From: an uncultured delta proteobacterium
GTDB lineage: Bacteria; Desulfobacterota; Desulfomonilia; Desulfomonilales; Desulfomonilaceae
Length of the DNA stretch: 64,000 nt
NCBI GenBank assembly: GCA_963789265.1
Contig: CAWBKB010000003.1
Location: forward strand, 128,001 to 192,000
Direction of reading: 5' to 3'
Part shown: positions 33,028 to 42,477 of the stretch, one piece after another
Layout: each line of letters starts with the position of its first letter
Numbering within the stretch: the stretch's first letter is position 1
The notes under the pieces: generated by a model
What the model was told of the DNA's origin: nothing
The model's input: the letters and a program-made list of their open reading frames with translations, nothing else
Database searches by the model: none
Program-made: the position numbers and the translations under genes

Positions 33028-33434
33028 AATGGTTATTGGACGATGAGAGGCCGACTCGTACAAAATGACCTCATCGGTCCACCTTATTCAGCTTCCGGCA
33101 CTCAGGGTTCGTAACGTAATCGATGAATTTTTTTCGCCAAGCCGCAATCCACCTCGCACGCACTTTCTTGAGGTCGGCCACCTACTTTCCGATCCAATAC
33201 GGTGAGAGAGGATTCTAGATGGACACACTGGAGAGACGAGCGTCTAAAAAGGTCTGTGTGGTCTTCTCTGTGGGAGTGGAAGGAAAAGGATCGCGACGCC
33301 TTGGGCGTAACCGTTCTTTTCGCGCATGCAATGCGCTTATTATCGGCAGCCAAGGAATGCATGCCGACGACGTTTGAATCCGACAAGTCAGGACGCGCCG
33401 GGTGAATTCTTGATCGGTGACTTGTATTTGACGA

Positions 33435-33755
33435 TCAAGCTCGTCGATCTTTGGAGGCCACTTCTTCCATGATGGCAGAGATCTTTTCTGACAGCACGTA
33501 GCTAATTCCGCCCCGTTCAAAGGAATCTCTGACTAGTTTTACGAATTCGTCGAAAGCGCGCCCGTCTTCCAGAATAGTTGCGGCATTGCGAGATTCCTCT
33601 TCGGTATATTCTCCGTCATTATTGCTGGCGACCTCTTGAAACGTTTCCCGAAATTCCCGTTTTCCGCCCCAGAAAACGATGACGTTGTCCATATAGTCAT
33701 TCATTTCCTTTATGTGTTGAATCAACTCTTCCCGACTCATGCCATCGAAATCCAT
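33435..33755 (-). CDS. Hypothetical acidic helical protein
   Basis: 106-aa ORF, purine-rich RBS, natural amino-acid composition. Confidence 0.65.
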   Translation of the reverse strand: MDFDGMSREELIQHIKEMNDYMDNVIVFWGGKREFRETFQEVASNNDGEYTEEESRNAATILEDGRAFDEFVKLVRDSFERGGISYVLSEKISAIMEEVASKDRRA

Positions 33756-33934
33756 TGCGCGTCCCCTTGTCCCCGCATCTGTATTTCAATTGCTCCGAAT
33801 CACACCTCGGCGCAACGCGTCCAAGTCGCTATCCCCATTGCATCTTCGCGACTTGCATGCATTGCCCGTCTGCCGGGAATCCAGTTGTGCGATCACGCAG
33901 TCAAGGGGTTTTACGGAGCGACCACTAGCGGGCC

Positions 33935-34240
33935 TTAAAAGCCTAGAGGCAGTTTCTTTATTTCCCGTAAATCCTCTTCTCTCAGAGAGCGGCGCATGGT
34001 CTCTTCCCAGTGGAAAAACTTTTTGGAAAGGTGCTCGACTCGGGAGAGAATTTCCCCGATTTCCAATGCCAATTCCTTGTTTCTTTCCTGGCGAGCCTTC
34101 TTCAGCTCGCGCTCCAGATGGCGAATCAACTTTCGAGCCTGCTCCGGGGTTTCGAGAAAAAGCACGGGGTCGTAGAGGCTTCCGCGCCTCTCTTTCGGAT
34201 TCCAACGGGTCATAATGTCGTTGATATGTTCACGCAACAT
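33935..34240 (-). CDS. Hypothetical charged coiled-coil protein
   Basis: 101-aa ORF with a helical E/R/K-rich composition. Confidence 0.6.
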   Translation of the reverse strand: MLREHINDIMTRWNPKERRGSLYDPVLFLETPEQARKLIRHLERELKKARQERNKELALEIGEILSRVEHLSKKFFHWEETMRRSLREEDLREIKKLPLGF

Positions 34241-34602
34241 GGCGAAATAAGTCCTGTGTCACAAAGTATCATGGTCGTCATAAATGAATGTCCGAACTTT
34301 AATAAAAAAGTTCCTCAGCAGCGCCGGCGCATTAACGGAGTCATTTGTGTATTGGACTGCAGGTGCGCCGGACAGCCGTTGCATATTACACCACACACGG
34401 ACAAATTTCAATCCCGGCAAGGGCGTGGCGGAGCCTGCCGAGCCTGCAAGAAATCCTTTCCCGAAAAAGACGCAAAAGATTACAGAGAATCGGGACAGGG
34501 GCTTTTCGTCGAGCGGCCCAGTTGGTATACTGTGTGAACCGGCTGGACCCTTCTCGGCATTTGAGACGCGGGCAGAAAACCGGCCCTCACGAAGAAACTA
34601 CC

Positions 34603-35145
34603 ATGAATACACCAGGTGAGCAGGAGTGTCTGGCGCTCCTCAAAAAATACTGCACTCCGCACCACATCATACTTCATTCCCGAAAAGTCTGGGAAGTCGG
34701 CAAGTTGTTAGGCGAAGGTCTCTTGCACCGGAATCATCCGGTGGATTTACCGCTGATCAGAGCCTCCTGTCTCCTCCACGATATAGGCAAATATCCCTGT
34801 ATCCTAGACGGCACAAGATATCACGACATCAGGGGGAAACAGATACTGGAGGCTGAAGGTCTGTCTTCGATCGCGGATATCGTTGTCCAGCATGTGATTC
34901 TGAGAAGTGAGATTGATGGGCCTGTCAAAGAAGAACACGTCGTACATTACGCTGACAAGCGAGTTGTTCATGATGAGGTGGTAAGCCTGGAGGAGAGGTT
35001 CCTATACCTCAATGAAACGTACGGAAAAAGCCCGAAGGCTCTTGAAAGACTCGTGATGATGAAGCAGGACACTCATCGATTGGAAGAAGCCATCTTCATT
35101 CTGCTGGATTTTGGTCCTGAGGACGTTGTAACGCTTCTCCGCTAA
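34603..35145 (+). CDS. HD-domain (HDIG) metal-dependent phosphohydrolase
   Basis: HS...LLHDIGK...H...QHV...YADKRV. Confidence 0.88.
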   Translation: MNTPGEQECLALLKKYCTPHHIILHSRKVWEVGKLLGEGLLHRNHPVDLPLIRASCLLHDIGKYPCILDGTRYHDIRGKQILEAEGLSSIADIVVQHVILRSEIDGPVKEEHVVHYADKRVVHDEVVSLEERFLYLNETYGKSPKALERLVMMKQDTHRLEEAIFILLDFGPEDVVTLLR

Positions 35146-35173
35146 GAAACACCGACGAGTTCTGCTGAAATCA

Positions 35174-35197
35174 GGCGCCCTCGTGGCGAGGGCGTTT
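35174..35197 (+). terminator. Probable intrinsic terminator hairpin
   Basis: GGCGCCCTCG-TGG-CGAGGGCGTT then a short T run, about 30 bp after the HD gene stop. Confidence 0.45.
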
Positions 35198-35263
35198 CAA
35201 AGGATGTAAAAGGACCGTGAATTCAGAGAGTTTTAACTTTTTCATGAATGTCCCACAAAAATC

Positions 35264-35294
35264 TTGACCTATCCTTAAGAATAGGTTTTAGATT
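35264..35294 (+). promoter_or_regulatory. MerR-type promoter with a 19-bp spacer and dyad
   Basis: TTGACC-N19-TAGATT overlapped by the near-perfect palindrome ACCTATCCTTAAGAATAGGT. Confidence 0.5.
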
Positions 35295-35640
35295 CTGTGA
35301 AGAAAGAGTGACCGCTGCCAGCCCAGGCAGGAGGTTGTATTTCGTGACATGATCTGATATACTTTGATCGTTTATTTATATTAGGTGCTGGTTAACTCTT
35401 TTAAACAGCGTTTCCGAGTGGAGGTTGTGGAGCGATTGTCCGTCTATTCTTGCCCGATGGGCAGCCCAACTACCGGAAGGACAGAACATCTCCGGTTCAG
35501 TATTTTTAGACAATCCACTCCTATATTGACATGTTGGGATAGAGAAATCTTCCCAGAATACTCCGGGTTCGGAACGAGAAGGCTGTGAGCTGGGCTCACT
35601 TGAGGTCTCGCAGCAAAGAACGCGTTCTTCTGGGTGGGAC

Positions 35641-36876
35641 ATGGTGGATATCATTTTCAAGACACTGATTATTCCGGCAATCATCATCGCGGTCTTTTCA
35701 GCACAGTCTATGGGGCAAGAACCGAAATCCTCATGGGAAAGACATGCAAGACTGAACACACAGACGGATTATGATGCAAACGGCTCCACCTCAGAATCTT
35801 CGCCGCCCGCTTGGCTCGAAGATCTCCTGACCCGTGCTCCGACAGAAGTGACGGAAGACGCGCACGCTGAAGGCTCTCGAACCGACATCGACCCAAAGGG
35901 GGCCGAATCGACTGTTTCAGCGAGGCAAGCTCCAGTGCCCGAGGCTCCCCCGACTCAAGCTGCCGTGCCCCGGGAGACAAATCCCCTCTTTCACCAGCCG
36001 CCCGACATTCCGCCGCTTTACACATCCCCGAAGCTGGAAGGAGAAGGGGTTTGGACCGGAGAAGATATGCCCAGATCTGCCGATGGTCTACCTCTTGCCT
36101 ACAAAACCGTGTACCGTCCCAGTGTGGAATTCCCGAATTCGACTGTGTACATGGCTCTATTTGATATGAAGCGGCTCAAGATCCGCCTTTTCATTGGACA
36201 GACGGAACCCGGCATATATCAGATTGCCAATCGGCCGGAAGAAGAAGAGCTGTCAAAAATCGTTGCGATTACCAACGCTATGTGGATGCAGCAGCACGCG
36301 AGGGGGGCCGGTGCAATATTCAGGGGACAGGTGATATACCCCATGGTCCCGGGGATGGCGACATTGGTTACCTACCTCGACGATTCAGTCGATGTCATCG
36401 AGTGGACGGATGAGATACCTGTTTCTCTGGTAAGGGACGCCCGGCAGTTACGGCATCTCATCGTGAAAGACGGAAAGCCGGTTGAAAAGATCGTCAAGAA
36501 CGGCAAGATTACGGATGGAGAAATCGGTCTGGGCGGCTTTTTGATTGACGAGCAGGGTCGCAGCACGATGAGCAACAAGTATTGGTTTCTGGCCACCCGG
36601 ACGGCTTTTGGAATACGGGACGACGGCAACATGGTTTTCGCGATGGGACACCATATCAGCACGAAAGATCTTGCCAAGGCCCTCGTGCTTGCAGGGTGTC
36701 AGAGGGCCGTTCACGGCGACGCCAACATTCATAATGCTGTCTGTAACTTCTATTTCAGGGACGACAAGGATAAGATCGTAAGAAGGGACAAACTTTCCCC
36801 TGGCCAATTAAACTACACCCTGAAACGATACGATCAGGGTTATGCCAAGGATTTCTTCGCCTTTTACGAAAAGTGA
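35641..36876 (+). CDS. Secreted protein with a phosphodiester glycosidase (NAGPA)-like C-terminal domain
   Basis: Signal peptide, Pro-rich linker and RTAFGIRDDGNMVF...DLAKALVLAGCQRAVHGDAN. Confidence 0.6.
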   Translation: MVDIIFKTLIIPAIIIAVFSAQSMGQEPKSSWERHARLNTQTDYDANGSTSESSPPAWLEDLLTRAPTEVTEDAHAEGSRTDIDPKGAESTVSARQAPVPEAPPTQAAVPRETNPLFHQPPDIPPLYTSPKLEGEGVWTGEDMPRSADGLPLAYKTVYRPSVEFPNSTVYMALFDMKRLKIRLFIGQTEPGIYQIANRPEEEELSKIVAITNAMWMQQHARGAGAIFRGQVIYPMVPGMATLVTYLDDSVDVIEWTDEIPVSLVRDARQLRHLIVKDGKPVEKIVKNGKITDGEIGLGGFLIDEQGRSTMSNKYWFLATRTAFGIRDDGNMVFAMGHHISTKDLAKALVLAGCQRAVHGDANIHNAVCNFYFRDDKDKIVRRDKLSPGQLNYTLKRYDQGYAKDFFAFYEK

Positions 36877-37030
36877 CCAAAATAAGTAGATTGGTGGGGT
36901 ACTGAATGTTCGAGACGATCAGAGGGACACTAGGCGCTTTCATCTAAGTCTGTCGCACCTGTTCGAGCAATTGCCTGAAATTTGAGGGGCCTGCGTGCAA
37001 AGCCCTTCGTGCATTCGCATCAAAGCCTTA

Positions 37031-37220
37031 ATGCCGGTGCGCGATCAAACGGTGAACAATCAAGGAAATACAGCACGGATCTGACAAAGCCCAGATCCGT
37101 GGCACCTAAGACTCGTCTTGACTGGATGTTGGGTGCCACTGACCTGAGCACCATCATGGCGCCAGGTCGGTGCCATTTGCCATCGGCCCATTCTTACTTG
37201 CTTGAAAGCGAATCAGTATA
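37031..37220. mobile_element. MITE-like element of the ATACCAATTCGC-TIR family
   Basis: Right end TTGAAAGCGAATCAGTATA; interior closely matches the inverted copy at 58064-58247. Confidence 0.65.
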
Positions 37221-37320
37221 AGGTCTTTGTCCCCTGATCTGAGCCCAGGGCACTGCTGCTCTCCCCCCTTTATTTCCACGGCGTTCCTACCTATACTATA
37301 ACAAGCAAATAGGCGAGGCA

Positions 37321-38553
37321 TTGGAGGAAGAATTGAAAGACGGCAGGCCGCGCATAATCATATTCTCAGGCAAAGGCGGAGTCGGGAAGACAACGGTGGC
37401 AGCGGCCACCGGGTTACGGTGTGCCGAGCGGGGTCTCAGGACAATAGTCATTTCCATAGACATCGCTCACAGTCTTTCCGACGCTTTTCAACTGGACACC
37501 GACCTCCATGACCACAACCGCGGGAAGCCGCGCAGCATTCGGGAAAATCTCTGGATTCAAGAAGTGGATATTCAAGAAGAGATCGACCACCACTGGGGAG
37601 AAGTATCAAAATATTTGGCCGCGCTTCTTGGATCGAGCGGTGTGACCGAGGTCCTGGCGGCGGAACTTGCCATAATACCCGGAATGGAAGATGTTGTGAG
37701 TCTGCTTTATATCAACCAATACTACCGGGAAAGCACTTACGACGTTATCGTGATAGACTGCGCACCTACAGGAGAATCTCTGAGATTTGTAGGTATGCCC
37801 ACCACTTTGGAATGGTACATCAGGAAGGTCTTCAAGCTGGAACGCAGTTTAATGAAGGTGGCACGGCCGATAGCTAAACGGCTAACTGACATTCCTCTTC
37901 CGGAGGATACTTATTTTGCAGGCTTACAAGAACTCTTTCTGAGACTGGACGGCGTTGACAATGTGCTTCTGGACCGCGAAATAACTTCCATACGACTGGT
38001 GACCAATGCTGAAAGAATGGTCGTCAGGGAGACCCAGCGAGCATTCATGTACTTCTGTCTTTACGGCCTGGTAGTCGACGCGGTAATCGTCAACAAGCTC
38101 TTCCCGGAAACTTTGCAGGACGAATACTTCAAGGACTGGCTCGTAACCCAACAGAAGAGCCTCCAGCAGATAGACTCTACGTTCCATCCGGTTCCCACCT
38201 ACAAAGTCAACATACATAGCGATGAAGTAGTGGGGTTGGAGAGGTTGTCCATGATGGGAAAAGCGATTTACGGCGAGACCGATCCCTCGGCGGTGCTTCA
38301 CCGGGATAAGGTCTACGAAATCGAGAATTACAATGGAGACCTCGTTCTCAAGATCAAACTACCCCTTGTGAGAAAGGATTACGTGGACCTATTCAAAGAA
38401 GAGGGGGACCTGGTCGTCCGTATAGGCTCTTTCAAGCGACACGTATTCTTGCCCAGAATGCTCGCCCACAGACAGCCGGGAAGGGCATCCTTGGACAATA
38501 ATGTGCTGGCAATCCACTTTCCGAAACCGATTGAAACGGGAGAACAACGATGA
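37321..38553 (+). CDS. ArsA/Get3-family single-domain ATPase with a C-terminal HSP20-like domain
   Basis: SGKGGVGKTT, SIDIAHSLSDAF, PGMEDV, IDCAPTG and VIVNK; C-terminal beta-rich LKIKLPLV...DLVVRIGSFKRHVFLP...LAIHF. Confidence 0.88.
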   Translation: MEEELKDGRPRIIIFSGKGGVGKTTVAAATGLRCAERGLRTIVISIDIAHSLSDAFQLDTDLHDHNRGKPRSIRENLWIQEVDIQEEIDHHWGEVSKYLAALLGSSGVTEVLAAELAIIPGMEDVVSLLYINQYYRESTYDVIVIDCAPTGESLRFVGMPTTLEWYIRKVFKLERSLMKVARPIAKRLTDIPLPEDTYFAGLQELFLRLDGVDNVLLDREITSIRLVTNAERMVVRETQRAFMYFCLYGLVVDAVIVNKLFPETLQDEYFKDWLVTQQKSLQQIDSTFHPVPTYKVNIHSDEVVGLERLSMMGKAIYGETDPSAVLHRDKVYEIENYNGDLVLKIKLPLVRKDYVDLFKEEGDLVVRIGSFKRHVFLPRMLAHRQPGRASLDNNVLAIHFPKPIETGEQR

Positions 38554-38792
38554 GTCCACTTTGGTTCTTCACCAGAGCAGCGGGGATGGCTTTACTTACA
38601 GTTGCAGGAATAACGCTGGTACTGGAGAAATTGACCCCCCGGCCTTCGGACCTGATAGCCGGGGCGATTCATTTTCGGAAGGGGATGAATGAATTTCAAA
38701 AGGGAGTTGCGACCATTTTTCTTGGTTCCCCGGCGCCTTCGGCCGAAGAGGCGGCTAAGGCACGAGAGGCCTCCCGAATTCCGATCGACTGA
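38550..38792 (+). CDS. Small protein with a hydrophobic N-terminal helix, translationally coupled to the ArsA/Get3 gene
   Basis: ATGA overlap and RBS GGAG; 80 aa ending RIPID. Confidence 0.7.
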   Translation: MSPLWFFTRAAGMALLTVAGITLVLEKLTPRPSDLIAGAIHFRKGMNEFQKGVATIFLGSPAPSAEEAAKAREASRIPID

Positions 38793-38981
38793 GTGCCGCT
38801 GACGGTGGACTTGAACGCAATAGTGTGCATTTCTTACGATTCTGCACTCTTCTTTTACATGTTCCGGCGTCGAAGTGGCATTAATGGTAAATCCATGCGC
38901 GAGGGGTGGTTTCTCCGCAGGACGGGTCTCGGTACTAATGACCGGGAAAGCGCTTAACGTTGTTCTGTAATTGGAAACTGC

Positions 38982-39608
38982 ATGCTGTTCAGTTATCTTG
39001 TGAAAGGCTTTGTCATTGGGCTGTCGCTTGCTGTGCCGGTGGGGCCGATTGCTTTGTTGTGCATACGGCGAACATTGACCCGCGGGGCTGCGTCCGGAAT
39101 ATCCTCCGGGCTCGGCGCAGCAACGGCGGATGGAATCTATAGTTTAATAGCAGCTTTCGGAATCACCTTCATTGCCAACTTCCTTTTCAGCCACAACATT
39201 ATTCTACGCGTCGTAGGGGGCGGGGTTTTGTGCTATATTGGCGTCAAGATATTCCTCTCTATCCCCGGGGAAAATTCCTCCTCGACCCAGGAGGATGGAC
39301 TCGTTCACGATTACGTTTCCGCGCTGCTCCTCACCCTCACAAACCCTATGTTGGTTGTTGCGTTTGCAGCAGTATTTGCCGCGGCAGGTGTCGGATATCC
39401 CAAAGGGAATTATCTGGACACCGTGGTGCTCGTCGTGGGGGTGGTGCTGGGCTCGACGCTCTGGTGGCTGATCTTAAGCGGAGCCGCGGGTTACCTTCAC
39501 GGTAAGATCGACAACAGGATGTTAAGACTTGCGAACCAAGTTTCCGGCACTATTCTTGCCGGCTTCGGCCTGATTGTGCTCCTGAGCCTTGCCTTCTGGT
39601 GTAACTAA
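38982..39608 (+). CDS. LysE/RhtB-family translocator
   Basis: AVPVGPIALLCIRRTL, GLGAATAD and LTLTNP. Confidence 0.9.
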   Translation: MLFSYLVKGFVIGLSLAVPVGPIALLCIRRTLTRGAASGISSGLGAATADGIYSLIAAFGITFIANFLFSHNIILRVVGGGVLCYIGVKIFLSIPGENSSSTQEDGLVHDYVSALLLTLTNPMLVVAFAAVFAAAGVGYPKGNYLDTVVLVVGVVLGSTLWWLILSGAAGYLHGKIDNRMLRLANQVSGTILAGFGLIVLLSLAFWCN

Positions 39609-39681
39609 CTTGAACCGGGACCGATTTACCGGGCATTGCAACAGCGCGCTGCAAAAGGTCCGCAGCGACAAGTGGAGTTCA

Positions 39682-40650
39682 ATGACGAATATGTACGAAC
39701 AGGTCTACAAGGATATTTTGGATAATCTGTATGAGGGTGTTTATCTGGTGGACCGCGATCTAAGAATCACATTCTGGAACAGGGGTGCACAAAGAATCAC
39801 TGGATTCTCGAGGGATGAGGTTATCGGAACCTCTTGCCGAGACAACCTCCTCAGTCATGTTGACGAGCTTGGTACGCCGCTTTGCGATAGCCCTCTGTGT
39901 CCAACCGAACGGGGCATGGCCATCGGGCCCCCGATTGAACAGATCTTATATCTTCGTCACAAAGAGGGCCATAGGGTTGCCGTATCCACAAGGGTTGCTC
40001 CCCTGAAAAATGCCGATGGCAAAATCGTGGGAGCCACACATTCTTTTACTGACAACCACGCGGCAGTTGAAGCACGGCGCCGAATTGAAGACCTGGAGAA
40101 GCTCGCTCTGCTTGATCCACTGACGCAACTTGGAAACAGGCGTCACCTCGAAATGCACTTAGAGAGCAGCCTTTCGGAGATGCACCGATATAGCCGGCGG
40201 TTCGGAACACTATTCATCGACGTAGACCGCCTCAAACAAATAAACGATCTCTACGGACACGATGTTGGAGACCGGACGCTCAGGATGGTAGCCACAACCA
40301 TGTCCAACAGCCTGAGGTCTTCCGATTTCCTGGGACGATGGGCTGGGGACGAATTCCTGGCCATAACGATGAATATCCGCGCAGATCAATTACTTGCCAT
40401 CGGAAACAAACTGCGTGCGCTTGTGGAACACTCCGCGATAAATCTCGGCCATGCCTTCGGTCGCGTGACGGTTTCGGTGGGAGCGACTCTTGCCGATACG
40501 GCAGACACCGTGGGTACCCTGTTAAAACGGGCGGACATACTCATGTACCGAAGCAAGGCTCGCGGAGGAAATTTTGTGACAACGGACTCTGCTTCCCAAA
40601 TTGAAAATTATGAGGAACTTCCTCAAGAACCCGCAAGGTTCTTCCGGTAA
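39682..40650 (+). CDS. PAS-GGDEF diguanylate cyclase-domain protein (AGDEF variant)
   Basis: PAS domain, DPLTQLGNRR, DVDRLKQINDLYGHDVGD, I-site RSSD and RWAGDEF. Confidence 0.9.
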   Translation: MTNMYEQVYKDILDNLYEGVYLVDRDLRITFWNRGAQRITGFSRDEVIGTSCRDNLLSHVDELGTPLCDSPLCPTERGMAIGPPIEQILYLRHKEGHRVAVSTRVAPLKNADGKIVGATHSFTDNHAAVEARRRIEDLEKLALLDPLTQLGNRRHLEMHLESSLSEMHRYSRRFGTLFIDVDRLKQINDLYGHDVGDRTLRMVATTMSNSLRSSDFLGRWAGDEFLAITMNIRADQLLAIGNKLRALVEHSAINLGHAFGRVTVSVGATLADTADTVGTLLKRADILMYRSKARGGNFVTTDSASQIENYEELPQEPARFFR

Positions 40651-41135
40651 ACTTCCAGGTCCGAATCGGAAAACAGGACGAAAATAACTCGCTCCATCTC
40701 CGGAAATAGTTTGAGCTGAGCCAACGAGGTTTTCAGTGCTATTTTGGAAGCCTCCGTTATAGGGTATCCATAGGCCCCAGTGCTTATCGAGGGAAAAGCT
40801 AAAGAGTTGAGCCCGTTTTCGTGCGCCACCTCAAAGCACCTCCTGTAACAGCTTTCCAGTAACCTAGGCTCACCCGAGTTGCCACCTCTGTAGATAGGTC
40901 CGACGGTATGTATGACATGACGCGCCTTGAGACGGTAACCTCGGGTAATCTTCGCGTCGCCGGTTTCGCAGCCTCCCAGAGTGCGGCATTCGGCCAGCAA
41001 TTCCGGCCCCGCCGCCCGATGGATGGCGCCGTCCACCCCTCCCCCTCCCAGCAGACTTTTATTGGCCGCGTTGACGATGGCGTCCACGTCCATTGTCGTA
41101 ATGTCGTCCCGAACTAACTCGATCTTGTCTTTCAT
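40623..41135 (-). CDS. ymdB: Macro-domain O-acetyl-ADP-ribose deacetylase
   Basis: DAIVNAANKSLLGGGGVDGAIHRAAG, VIHTVGP and AFPSISTGAYGYP. Confidence 0.92.
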   Translation of the reverse strand: MKDKIELVRDDITTMDVDAIVNAANKSLLGGGGVDGAIHRAAGPELLAECRTLGGCETGDAKITRGYRLKARHVIHTVGPIYRGGNSGEPRLLESCYRRCFEVAHENGLNSLAFPSISTGAYGYPITEASKIALKTSLAQLKLFPEMERVIFVLFSDSDLEVYRKNLAGS

Positions 41136-41223
41136 GGCTATTCCCTCACCTCACACAAGTACAGAGACATTGTTCCTTCAGTAAACCGGGCCCGTAGCCA
41201 AGCCTAAGGTTTCTTTTCAAAAT

Positions 41224-41316
41224 TATACCAATTCGCGTTCAAAGTTAGAATGAAATCCCCTCTAACCTCCCTTTAATAAAGAGGGGAACAGGGGATTTTG
41301 AATGCGAATTGGTATA
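41224..41316. mobile_element. 93-bp MITE with 20-bp terminal inverted repeats
   Basis: TATACCAATTCGCGTTCAAA / TTTGAATGCGAATTGGTATA (19/20) with TA ends and an internal hairpin. Confidence 0.8.
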
Positions 41317-41320
41317 AATA

Positions 41321-41597
41321 ATAGCGGTGCGCCATCAAACAAATGACAATCCCCGCGAGGATATGGTGGAACATCCCGCGCAGAGGGCCGGACTGCCTGT
41401 CCCGCGTTCCGCGGGATCGCCCCGGACTTCCATCCAGGCTATGTAGGGGCGGACCCGCGTGTCCGCCCAGGGCAGACACATAGGTCTGCCCCTACAATTG
41501 ATGCCCGTGTACGCGGGCATGACGACAGGCAATCCCGAGCGGGCGGGACTGTCTCACTAAAAACACGATGTCACCTGTTTGAAAGCGAATTGATATA
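41321..41597. mobile_element. Composite MITE of the same TIR family carrying nested REP-like hairpins
   Basis: Right end TTGAAAGCGAATTGATATA; internal GTAGGGGCGG...CCCCTAC doublet at 41442-41496; about 185 bp is an inverted near-copy of 57222-57406. Confidence 0.75.
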
Positions 41598-41647
41598 AGT
41601 AAGTGATTACGGCTTGATAAACATTGCAATTGACAGTTCGCCAAGAC

Positions 41648-41680
41648 TAAGCAATGCTTCTGGTCTTAAGAAATACTTAA
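41648..41680. promoter_or_regulatory. Tandem TAAG-N5-CTT(A) palindromes, possible operator of the XRE-cupin regulator
   Basis: TAAGCAATGCTT (41648-41659) and TTAAGAAATACTTAA (41666-41680), between TTGACA at 41630 and ATG at 41704. Confidence 0.35.
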
Positions 41681-41703
41681 TTCTCCACCTCAAGCAAGAT
41701 TCC

Positions 41704-42399
41704 ATGGCGCTTGAAATTGACATAGGACCAAGGATCAGACCACATCGGCCGGGCAATCGTTTGACCCTGAAACATCTCGCGAATAAGGTCGGCCGCACTG
41801 ACGCGTATTTTTCTCAGGTCGAAAACGGCCGCGTTTCTCCCTTTAAAGCAAGCTTGAAAAGAATCGCCGGCGAGTTGCAAACGAAGATTACCGATTTTTT
41901 CGTGGAGAGCCGGGAAAGACGAACCGTAGTTCTCGGGCCGGGTCAGCGGATCACGCTGTCGCTGGAGAGATGGTATGCAGAAATTCAGTCGCTGGTCGTG
42001 AACCCCAAGGACAAACGAATGCACCCGTTTCTCGCTACCATTCGGCCTGGAGGAGGCTCCCACGGCCTTTACACCCACTTGGATGAAGAATTCGGCCTGG
42101 TTTTAAAAAGGGAGCTGGAGATCGACCTTAATGGTGCGCTCCATCGGGTCAAGAAAAATGAGAGCTTTTATGTATACATTCAGTAACAGCCGGAATTTGC
42201 GGATGGCTTCGTGGGGTGGGCTTTCTAGCCCGCCATTGAACCGGAGTTTCCTCGGCAGGCTGTCCCGCGCCTCTCGGGACTGCCCCACAAGACTGAATGG
42301 TTACGCTTTTATTACATTTTGTCCCAGCCTCATAGCTGGACCGATCCGGGCCAAGTGGACACCGTGGTGGTTTGGGTAATCAGTCCTCCCACGTTTTGA
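41704..42399 (+). pseudogene. XRE-family HTH-cupin transcriptional regulator interrupted by a MITE
   Basis: HTH (SQVENGRVSP) plus cupin (EEFGLVL); removing 42172-42312 restores the in-frame end ESFYYILSQPHSWTDPGQVDTVVVWVISPPTF*. Confidence 0.85.
42172..42304. mobile_element. 133-bp MITE with an 8-bp target-site duplication
   Basis: TSD GCTTTTAT at 42164-42171 and 42305-42312; TIRs GTATACATTCAGT / ACTGAATGGTTAC (11/13). Confidence 0.88.
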
Positions 42400-42477
42400 T
42401 TCTGTGTTGGCCCCACTGGCGTGAATCCGGGTTAAGTCCTGTCGACTAAAGGTTTTCACACAAGAAAGGAGGGTGAG

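Noticed and set aside
33001..33030. Xer dif site
   Set aside because: AT-rich dyad, but it lacks the TTATGTTAAA XerD arm and the 11-6-11 layout.
33102..33386. 94-aa minus-strand ORF after the 33435 gene
   Set aside because: No motif or clear RBS, and several overlapping alternative ORFs; cannot be supported.
34450..34500. c-di-GMP-I riboswitch (GACGCAAAAG)
   Set aside because: No convincing P1/P2 stems or GNRA loop by eye; an Infernal search against Rfam would be needed.
37321..38553. Arsenic-resistance ArsA
   Set aside because: Single ATPase domain with an HSP20-like tail, and no arsB, acr3, arsC, arsD or arsR nearby.
41321..41597. CRISPR array or ncRNA in the palindrome-rich intergenic regions
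   Set aside because: No regularly spaced direct repeats with unique spacers and no cas genes; the units are nested inverted repeats dispersed across the window.
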